Assembly: GCA_031555615.1 (NCBI GenBank)
Contig: JAVBUF010000009.1
Location: 26,102-90,101 of the forward strand
Direction of reading: 5' to 3'
Length of the DNA: 64,000 bases
From: Lachnospiraceae bacterium
GTDB taxonomy: Bacteria > Bacillota > Clostridia > Lachnospirales > Lachnospiraceae
Part shown: positions 8,963 through 16,404 of the stretch, one piece after another
Layout of the letters: every line of letters begins with the position of its first letter
Numbering within the stretch: position 1 is the stretch's first letter
Translations under genes and position numbers: made by a program
The notes under the pieces: generated by a model
The model's database searches: none
What the model was told of the DNA's origin: nothing
What the model saw: only the letters and a program-made list of their open reading frames with translations

Positions 8963-9796
8963 TTATTCCGTCACATTGTCCCTGTATTGTTGCTTGATCT
9001 CTGCTGTTAATTTATCAATCTCTTCATAATAGGAATTGACGTTTCCTTCTTCTTTATACACCTTTAATGCAAATAGCATCCGGTTTTCTCTGGTTTCTTC
9101 AAAATGACCGGCGGCCTGCTCCACCAAATGCTCCACTTCCAAAGAAAGGTTGTAGAACTGCGGCCGTTTCGCAATAAACCGAATATATTCCTCATCCGTC
9201 AGCATCTGCCGGACTGCCGCCAGATACTGGATGCCCGATTCTTCATTACCGGTAATCTCGTAAGCTTTCAGAAAGCTTTCCGCTGCCCTGTCAAATAAAA
9301 ACAGTTTTGCAAAAACCACCCCCCGGTTATGATAGATGGGCCCGCTGATGACCATTTCCCCCTGGGGTATGATATCCAAAATACTGTCATATTCCTGCAA
9401 AGCCATGAAATATTTCCCATTCCTGACCAAAAAGTCGGCCCGCTTTTTTTTCTTTTCATTATCATTAAGCCCTACATTACTTTGTAAAATCTCTGCTATC
9501 TGCTTCTGTTCATCCGGAGTACAATAATTTACATACTCTAAAATAGTCATCACAAACAGGCTGACCGAATTGGCCTTATGAAATAAATTATGTAATTTTA
9601 TTCCCAGCTCGTCAAGGGCGCATTCTGTCTCCAGCCATTCCGCCAGATTTTTATCGACAATATCCCGGTCTAAGATAAACGGATTGGTTTTAAATAAATA
9701 GCATAGTTCTTCTACCGACCAAATGCTGATGCATAACTTTTGAAAATAATAGGGATTTTGCGCACTTCTCCCCACACATAACAATGGCTGCTTCAC
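8963..9796 (-). CDS. hypothetical helical (TPR-like) protein (gene C)
   Basis: 277-aa ORF with a GTG start (plus-strand cac at 9794..9796) and AAAGGAG 8 nt upstream. TPR-like helix pairs, for example FLVRNGKYFMALQEYDSIL and HNRGVVFAKLFLFDRAAESFLKAYEI. Confidence 0.7.
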   Translation of the reverse strand: MKQPLLCVGRSAQNPYYFQKLCISIWSVEELCYLFKTNPFILDRDIVDKNLAEWLETECALDELGIKLHNLFHKANSVSLFVMTILEYVNYCTPDEQKQIAEILQSNVGLNDNEKKKKRADFLVRNGKYFMALQEYDSILDIIPQGEMVISGPIYHNRGVVFAKLFLFDRAAESFLKAYEITGNEESGIQYLAAVRQMLTDEEYIRFIAKRPQFYNLSLEVEHLVEQAAGHFEETRENRMLFALKVYKEEGNVNSYYEEIDKLTAEIKQQYRDNVTE

Positions 9797-9812
9797 TGGT
9801 TTTCTCCTTTGC

Positions 9813-11108
9813 CTATGATACCGTAAACTCCTGTACCCATTTCTTACCGCTGGCCGGAAACAGCTCTCCGAACCCCATATCCGTTACCGTAAACTGCACC
9901 TGTCTGGCGGAGATCATCCGAATCTGGATAAGCAGCCGGGTGGTCCGCTCCGGTCTCTCCGGCAAGCCTTCCAAAAATATGGTTTCTTCTGTAACTACGC
10001 CACCGGTCAAGGATGTCACAATAAAAGACAACTGTTTTCCTTCATTAATGATTACTTCAAATTGGCTGCGAACCTCATACCAGTTGATTCCGGCATCCAA
10101 AACCGCATAATAAGATTCCACTCCCTGCCGCAATATTTTCATACCGATATTGGCTTTCAGTTTGTCCTCTCCCAGAAAAACCTGCATTGCATTAATGTCC
10201 GTGGGATTCTGCTTTTCCAGCGCACCATAGCAGGCACCTTTGCTATACAGATTATTCCCCTGAAAGACCCGCCGTCCACGGCATAAAAACTTCAGCGATT
10301 GATCCGCCCAATTATCCTTAAATCCATCCCCCAATAAGTAAACCGTGGTAACAATCCGGTCACGGCACATCTGCTCCGCAACTTCCAAAAAACGAAGATC
10401 CTGTTCTCTCTTCTGTTCTTCTGACCGCTCCATTCTCGTCAGATGGGAAAATTCCTGCTTCTCCACAAACACCACTTTCGGAGTGGTTCGGTTATTGCTT
10501 TCCAAAAGATAAGCCTTCAATTTCTCATGATAATCAAAAACCAATACCTGATGAACCCACAACTCCTTTGGCTGATGAATCACATACTGATAGATACTTT
10601 CCCGGTAGCTCTGAAAGAAAACACATTCCGGTGCAATCTGCAATCCTGCGGCTACTGTGCTCAGGACCTCCACCGTCCGCATGTCCAGATTTTCCACGGT
10701 AAACATAAAGGCCCGGATATCTGCCGGCTTTACTTCCATGGATAACAGCGACAGGCTCCGCTTGACGAACAAGGTAAGTAAGGCCGCCGGGTCAAAGCTC
10801 TCGTTATCAATCTGAACCGGTTCTCCGCTTAGTGCCAATTGATAGATGTTTTCCAGCAGAATCCCATCCTCCTGACCGGCATATTTAAGCGCTTCCTTCC
10901 CATAAAACCACTGCCCCACTCCTCTTCGTTTGCAAAGAGCTGTGGGAATATTATATTGTTCCGTACCCATTACCGCCGATGCCGTCTCGGGCTCATTGCC
11001 GTTCACGCCGCAATAACTGATCTGAGAATACAAATTACCCAGATCATATCCGATAATCGCGGCACCCAAACCTTTTTTTCCAATGTTTAAAACATTATTC
11101 ATAACCAT
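9813..11108 (-). CDS. divergent Hsp70/actin-fold protein with degenerate nucleotide-binding motifs (gene B)
   Basis: 431-aa ORF. By-eye matches to DnaK: AAIIGYDLGNLYSQISY vs KIIGIDLGTTNSCVAV, VYLLGDGF vs VILVGGQT, NLYSKGACYGAL vs NPDEAVAIGAA. The C-terminal LLIQIRMISARQVQFTVTDMGFGE resembles the SBD-beta segment [23 protein letters not shown]. Confidence 0.7.
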   Translation of the reverse strand: MVMNNVLNIGKKGLGAAIIGYDLGNLYSQISYCGVNGNEPETASAVMGTEQYNIPTALCKRRGVGQWFYGKEALKYAGQEDGILLENIYQLALSGEPVQIDNESFDPAALLTLFVKRSLSLLSMEVKPADIRAFMFTVENLDMRTVEVLSTVAAGLQIAPECVFFQSYRESIYQYVIHQPKELWVHQVLVFDYHEKLKAYLLESNNRTTPKVVFVEKQEFSHLTRMERSEEQKREQDLRFLEVAEQMCRDRIVTTVYLLGDGFKDNWADQSLKFLCRGRRVFQGNNLYSKGACYGALEKQNPTDINAMQVFLGEDKLKANIGMKILRQGVESYYAVLDAGINWYEVRSQFEVIINEGKQLSFIVTSLTGGVVTEETIFLEGLPERPERTTRLLIQIRMISARQVQFTVTDMGFGELFPASGKKWVQEFTVS

Positions 11109-11117
11109 ATGCCCCGC

Positions 11118-14100
11118 CTAGGTCTGGAGATGGAACAATTGCTCCACTACAAACTCCTGTCTGTAAAAATCATACAATAAACTGTTTACCGTTTCATAAT
11201 CCTGCAGCATCTTGGCAATTGCAATATCATTGATCTGATTAAACTTGCATTCCCGCTGCTCGCCGATAATATCGCTCTTGCTGATACTGGCACTTTCGGT
11301 AAGATGTTCCTTATCCTCTTCCTTTTCGGCTATATAATACAATAACTGCTCTCCGAAAAAGAGAACAAATTGCTTGGCACATACACCGCCGTACATATCA
11401 CGCATCTCTTCTTTTGTGTATTCGCTTTTCCCCACACCATCCCGTTCGATGAGATAATGGATGATGGCCGTGTTTCCGGATTTGGCCCGGTATTCAATAA
11501 TCGTCTTATCCAAAAACTGTTCCATAAACGGAAAAGTTTCCACATACTCTTTATAAAAAGAAAAATAAATATTTTGTTTGATAAGCTGTTTTAAAAACGG
11601 CTGCAGGATGGCCTTTACCCCTTCGTCAATTTCCCCGGAATTTTCCGCAAAATATTTTACAAAAGCCAGTTTACAGATCAGATCCAATTCTTCCCTGCGT
11701 TCTAAGGCCCGAACCATCTGATTAATCACAAAAACATCGGTCACTTTATCGTGGACAAAATAATTATAAGCACATTGTGCCAAAAAAGCTGCTTCGACCC
11801 GGTTCTTTCCGCCTCCGACCACATAATCCTTGAAGATTGCTATCTGCTCTCCCACGAAAGATCCGGAATAGAGCATTTGTATCAGCAGTCTTTCACTAAG
11901 CTCATAAGTATCCAGGGTAAAATCTTTAGCCGCCTTCCATATATTCCGCATCTGCCTGATAGTCCCTTTGTAAAACCGGTTCAGATACTGCAAAAGCCTT
12001 TCATCATACTTACCTGCGGCAAATGCCGTATAGGCCAGCACTGTCATCTTTTTATCTGCCGAGACCTTTTCTTCGGCAAGCACCGCTCTCAGTACCCTTA
12101 ACATTTGTTTGGCATCCATTCCGGCGGTACCGATAATTGTCATCCATTCATAAGCTCGGGAATACATATAGCGCACAATCATCAATTTGAGGATCTCCGC
12201 ATAGTTTCTGCTTGCCACCTGTGTTACCTCAATTGTATTCAGAATTTTATCCAGCTGTTCAATAAGGTCCTGCTCATATAAATATCGAATCAGTTTGATC
12301 CTGATCTCTTTTTGATAACTGTCGGCCAAATAGTCCGTCTCCAGAACCCGTACCATAGCCTCCCGATTGGCATCCGTCACAAGAGCTATATCATCTCCCT
12401 GTTCACACATCCATAGATCAAAACCGATCAGATCCCGTACCATGGGGGCAGCCATTTTGGCCAGCTTATCCGGCCAGATCAGTTTTTCGATAGTATAATT
12501 TTCTTCCCCTGCATAGCGGTTTCCCTCATAATCCTCCAGAAATACGTGAAAACCGTTTCCGTATAAGGGGATATAATTTTGTCTGCCTCCCACCGGATAG
12601 GTAATTTCTGTTTTACCTTTATCATAAATTACAATAATTTCCCGAATATCTTTCCGCTGCACCGTTACCTGCATCGTAAATAATGCTTCTGCCAGTCCGG
12701 CGGCATTATCAGGCGTAATCATGCCGGGTGAAATAATATTTTTATATAAATAAGCCAGCCACTTATTCATATGTCCTTTGGCCATCTGCTGAACCACAAA
12801 ACGTTCAATGGATTCCTGATAGCTTTCATACAATTCCGGAAAATCTTCCCGATATTTATGAACATTGGCATATAAATAGGCATTGTATCGATAATCCATG
12901 TCACTATTGTAGGCAAAATACATCAAAACCATTTTAGGCAGTTTTTCATCCGTTTCCAAATCTACAGACATCAGATAATATTCATATAACCGGGTCACCC
13001 GGAGTTCCCTCTCGATTCCCAGCTTGTACCATTGCAGATATTCCGTTCCCCGGCAATTTCCCTTGATCAATAATCCGCAGATAACCTTTACCACCTCGTC
13101 TGAAGGCGCAACCCTATAGCAGGCTTTCAGAATCTGGAACAGAAAACCGGAATATTCTTTGCTTTTGGAAATCAAATAGACAATCTGACTGATCAGTTCA
13201 GGCGTCAATAATTCCTTCTTGGCCGCATACAAAAGAATATGTCTTTCAAACCCTTCCATTTTCATTAACAGCGTTGGGTTTTGCTGCAGCAGATGAAGGG
13301 CCTCGATATAAATAACCGGACTGGAGCAGTTACGCTTAAACTGTTCTTCCAGGATCATCCATTTTTTAGAAGGACTTTTGTTGTAATCCTCCATCAGGTA
13401 AGTCAAAAGCCATGCAACCCGCCAATTATCACTATTTTGGGTGAAAATACGCTCTACCTGCGCCGCTACGGCATCTATGTATTCTTCTTCCCCGCTATGA
13501 AGGGTAGTCAGATACTGATAGTAACACCACAGCGCCGGTTCCCACTCTTCATTGCTTTGCAGCAGAGCATCTGCATGGTCAAGCATCCAGTTTGCTTCAT
13601 TATACCGTTCTTCGGTAATCAAAAGCTGGGCCTTAAATAATTTGGCGGAAACATCCTGATCGTTGAATGCAACCATTTTATCTACCAGCTTTGCTGTTTC
13701 CTTCCGCCATGTGGCGGCACTAATCTTTTTGGTTCGGAATGCCGCATAATATTCCATTAATTCCAAGATATGATGCTTCTGCTCCCGGCGAAGGCTTTTT
13801 CGTTTGGGCAGGCCGGTTTGCTTGGAAACCGTAATGGGAATGATCATCTCCATGTGGGCATTATATATTCTTATTTTGCCCATATTATATCCGGCATGGA
13901 GCTTTTCGGCCGAAATATAGTAAGGAAGACGATAGAAATTCCCCAAAAAATCTTCCTCTCTGATATATTCCTTATCAATCCGCAAAAAGTCCCCTTCTGC
14001 CTGGACTCTTAGCCAGGTATATCCCCATCCGTTTCGATTTATGGTCAGTGTATATTCTGTTGGTTCTTCCGGAGCATCTATGCGGATTTGTGTTTCAGAT

Positions 14101-14690
14101 ACCAGATATTCGATTCTTTGCTTCTTTTTCACAACCTGCAGGAATTCTTCAACGTTTTGCTCGTTTTTTTTGTCTTTACCGCCGGAAAGTCCCCGGTATA
14201 GGGGATAATACTGCCGGTCCGTTCCCTGAAAAACCCGGTAAAAGTCTTCACTGTAAAATAAATTTACCGCTTCCTCCCAATTGGTTTTGGCCAGGTTTGT
14301 AAAATGAAAAAGATTTTTGACCGCTCCCAGGCTGGACATGATTTCTCCTGGGACTATTACTATTTTATAAGGAATCGTGTACTCACCATGATTGGATATG
14401 ATCACAAATTCCCCTTCACGACTGCTTCCTTCTTCAATGTTTTGAGCATGAAAAGAAAAAGCTATTTCTGACACAGCCCCGGCAAATTCATCCGTAAAAC
14501 ACTCCATCTCCAGACCATTGGTAAATACATACCCCTCGGTCAGTTGATTGACAGGCCCGTATATCTCAAAAGCTCCTTCATAATCCTCTCCCGCGGTTAG
14601 TTCTATTTCAATCTTAGAGCAGGAGAAGTCCAATGCTCCCGTGTCCGGCTGAAATTTCCCATCTAATATGCGGTCAATGATATCCCTCAT
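11118..14690 (-). CDS. giant hypothetical cytoplasmic protein: two N-terminal beta-sandwich-like modules plus about 850 aa of helical repeats (gene A)
   Basis: 1190-aa uninterrupted ORF with no signal peptide or TM segment. The first ~290 aa are beta-rich (EFVIISNHGEYTIPYKIVIV; GKIRIYNAHMEMIIPITV). The remainder is Y/F/W/L-rich and helical. Confidence 0.8.
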   Translation of the reverse strand: MRDIIDRILDGKFQPDTGALDFSCSKIEIELTAGEDYEGAFEIYGPVNQLTEGYVFTNGLEMECFTDEFAGAVSEIAFSFHAQNIEEGSSREGEFVIISNHGEYTIPYKIVIVPGEIMSSLGAVKNLFHFTNLAKTNWEEAVNLFYSEDFYRVFQGTDRQYYPLYRGLSGGKDKKNEQNVEEFLQVVKKKQRIEYLVSETQIRIDAPEEPTEYTLTINRNGWGYTWLRVQAEGDFLRIDKEYIREEDFLGNFYRLPYYISAEKLHAGYNMGKIRIYNAHMEMIIPITVSKQTGLPKRKSLRREQKHHILELMEYYAAFRTKKISAATWRKETAKLVDKMVAFNDQDVSAKLFKAQLLITEERYNEANWMLDHADALLQSNEEWEPALWCYYQYLTTLHSGEEEYIDAVAAQVERIFTQNSDNWRVAWLLTYLMEDYNKSPSKKWMILEEQFKRNCSSPVIYIEALHLLQQNPTLLMKMEGFERHILLYAAKKELLTPELISQIVYLISKSKEYSGFLFQILKACYRVAPSDEVVKVICGLLIKGNCRGTEYLQWYKLGIERELRVTRLYEYYLMSVDLETDEKLPKMVLMYFAYNSDMDYRYNAYLYANVHKYREDFPELYESYQESIERFVVQQMAKGHMNKWLAYLYKNIISPGMITPDNAAGLAEALFTMQVTVQRKDIREIIVIYDKGKTEITYPVGGRQNYIPLYGNGFHVFLEDYEGNRYAGEENYTIEKLIWPDKLAKMAAPMVRDLIGFDLWMCEQGDDIALVTDANREAMVRVLETDYLADSYQKEIRIKLIRYLYEQDLIEQLDKILNTIEVTQVASRNYAEILKLMIVRYMYSRAYEWMTIIGTAGMDAKQMLRVLRAVLAEEKVSADKKMTVLAYTAFAAGKYDERLLQYLNRFYKGTIRQMRNIWKAAKDFTLDTYELSERLLIQMLYSGSFVGEQIAIFKDYVVGGGKNRVEAAFLAQCAYNYFVHDKVTDVFVINQMVRALERREELDLICKLAFVKYFAENSGEIDEGVKAILQPFLKQLIKQNIYFSFYKEYVETFPFMEQFLDKTIIEYRAKSGNTAIIHYLIERDGVGKSEYTKEEMRDMYGGVCAKQFVLFFGEQLLYYIAEKEEDKEHLTESASISKSDIIGEQRECKFNQINDIAIAKMLQDYETVNSLLYDFYRQEFVVEQLFHLQT

Positions 14691-14735
14691 GTCATCTCAC
14701 CATCCAAAACATTTTTGTAAAATATGACTAACATA

Positions 14736-14765
14736 AGTATACCATTTTTTTCCCCTGGTGCGCAA
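14736..14765 (-). promoter_or_regulatory. candidate extended -10 promoter of the four-gene operon
   Basis: The minus strand reads TTGCGC-18 nt (ending in TGg)-TATACT, about 45 nt upstream of the ATG at 14690. Confidence 0.45.
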
Positions 14766-14785
14766 GGCAGACAGATATTTTATAA

Positions 14786-14965
14786 TTACTGTTTACCGGC
14801 AGTCCAGTGAGCCGCAGCTCCTTCCCCGGTGAAAAGTGCACTTTCTTCTTTTGTCTGCCGGTAGCCCTTCACTTCTTCTCCTTCAAAAGTACTGCCCAGA
14901 GGATGTTTCATGAACATTTCCTGCATCGTCAGACCAGATCGGACGGGTTGTTCTTTATGTTTCAT
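14786..14965 (-). CDS. small hypothetical protein (about 59 aa)
   Basis: ORF-track frame 14786..14971. The second ATG (14965) has GAAAGG 8 nt upstream. The sequence MKHKEQPVRSGLTMQEMFMKHPLGSTFEGEEVKGYRQTKEESALFTGEGAAAHWTAGKQ has normal protein-like composition but I recognise no family. Confidence 0.35.
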   Translation of the reverse strand: MKHKEQPVRSGLTMQEMFMKHPLGSTFEGEEVKGYRQTKEESALFTGEGAAAHWTAGKQ

Positions 14966-15101
14966 AAGCATGCCTTTCTGATAATATTTTCTTATTCTGA
15001 CTATGCCCGGACTTGTCCTTCTTTATACTGGCAGCAATAAAAATCCCCCTGCAAACAGCCGCTGTCCGCGGAATCGTTATTACAGGAGGGTTTTCTTATA
15101 G

Positions 15102-16331
15102 CTAAACTGCCAGTCGGGCAACCGCAGTATAGATGTAGGATATTTTATACCAGGTGGCATAATCCACTACTCCGGTCTGCGGTAAATCAAAGATTCTTTG
15201 AAAGGTCTTTACCGCTTCCGATGTTCGGGGCCCGTAGATACCATCCGCCACCAATGTCGGGATCAACGGATAGGATTTGGAGATACGGTTCAATTGCTGC
15301 TGGATAATTCGGACGCTTTCGCCGGTTGAGCCAATATAAAGATCATATCCCGGCCAGGAAGTCGGCACCCCGGCAACTCGTTCGGCGGTATTTATGAACA
15401 TATCATTGCCATAATAGTTACGGATAATCTCAATTGCCGAATATCCCTGATCCCCCAGTGTCTTAGATCCCCACTGGCTCAATCCGTTACAGGTTACCCG
15501 GTCACCGTCACAGTAGGCGGTCAAAATCGGCTGCCGTACACCTGGCCTTGACAGGTAATTGGCGAATACGCTGTCTACCAGATAATCAATGTTGCTGAAA
15601 ATATTTCGTCCGTAAGAAAATTTCTGATCAAAAGCTGTGGAACTGGTAATGGTAAAGTTATATCCCTGCCCTCTGTACCATTCCGTAAAAACCCGGTTCA
15701 ATGTGAAAGACATTATCGCCAATATGTTCGCATAAATAGCATTCTCCGGCCAGGTTGCATAAATTTCACAGGATGCCACATTCTTTACATAATCCTGATA
15801 CCGTACATAATAGTTATTTGCCGACGTGTCCTGTGGCGGGCCATCATGAACCACAATATATTCAGGAATTACCACTTGCGGCAGGACGATTTCCCCGCTT
15901 TCGTCCATAGGTTTGATCTCAGCTTCCGGGATCTTAGGGGGATATTCATAAAACAGAGTATGGGGCGGAACTGCCACATCCCGGCCTTCCTCATCCACTT
16001 CCAGAGGACGCATGGCGATGGGTTGAATGGCCTTCACATCCGGCAGTATCTGCGCTCCCGATATCAATACCGGTTCATAGCCGGGAGCACTGACTTCAAT
16101 ATTGTATTCACTGTAAGGCTGCTCTACGGAAGGCTCCAGACTGTAATCAATGGGGGGGGCCGGTACTTCGATTGTTTCGGTCTGGCCGGAAGAATCCGTC
16201 GCAAGACTTTCCAAAGTACGATCCGGATTCCCGGTAAAGGAAATGGTGATGGTTGCATCTTCGATTGGTATTAAGCCTACTGAGGATGTGACATTGATCT
16301 GCAAGCTGCCTCTGGCATTATTTTCAGGCAT
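15102..16331 (-). CDS. peptidoglycan-binding spore cortex-lytic enzyme-like protein (SleC-like)
   Basis: 409 aa. N-terminal carboxypeptidase-regulatory-like beta domain (LQINVTSSVGLIPIEDATITISF). Central conserved region YIVVHDGPP...WPENAIYANILAIMSFTLNR. C-terminal PG_binding_1-type repeat (GSTGESVRIIQQQLN...DGIYGPRTSEAVKTFQRIFDLPQTGVVDYATW). Confidence 0.65.
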   Translation of the reverse strand: MPENNARGSLQINVTSSVGLIPIEDATITISFTGNPDRTLESLATDSSGQTETIEVPAPPIDYSLEPSVEQPYSEYNIEVSAPGYEPVLISGAQILPDVKAIQPIAMRPLEVDEEGRDVAVPPHTLFYEYPPKIPEAEIKPMDESGEIVLPQVVIPEYIVVHDGPPQDTSANNYYVRYQDYVKNVASCEIYATWPENAIYANILAIMSFTLNRVFTEWYRGQGYNFTITSSTAFDQKFSYGRNIFSNIDYLVDSVFANYLSRPGVRQPILTAYCDGDRVTCNGLSQWGSKTLGDQGYSAIEIIRNYYGNDMFINTAERVAGVPTSWPGYDLYIGSTGESVRIIQQQLNRISKSYPLIPTLVADGIYGPRTSEAVKTFQRIFDLPQTGVVDYATWYKISYIYTAVARLAV

Positions 16332-16333
16332 AA

Positions 16334-16380
16334 AAATACCTCTGCATAATATGTTTAACTTATATTATGCAAAGGTATTT
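16334..16380 (-). terminator. rho-independent terminator of htpG
   Basis: 19-bp stem (arms 16334..16352 and 16362..16380, 1 mismatch) with a 9-nt loop. On the minus strand it is followed by UUUUUAUG. The U-tract runs into the start codon of the next gene. Confidence 0.7.
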
Positions 16381-16404
16381 ATTTTGATAAAGAATACGGT
16401 TAAT

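Noticed and set aside
15040-15095. Possible terminator after the SleC-like gene (CCCTCCTG...CAGGGGG followed by a T-run on the minus strand).
   Set aside because: The stem is only ~7 bp with a bulge and encloses a ~35-nt loop. That is too weak to call as a feature without an energy calculation.
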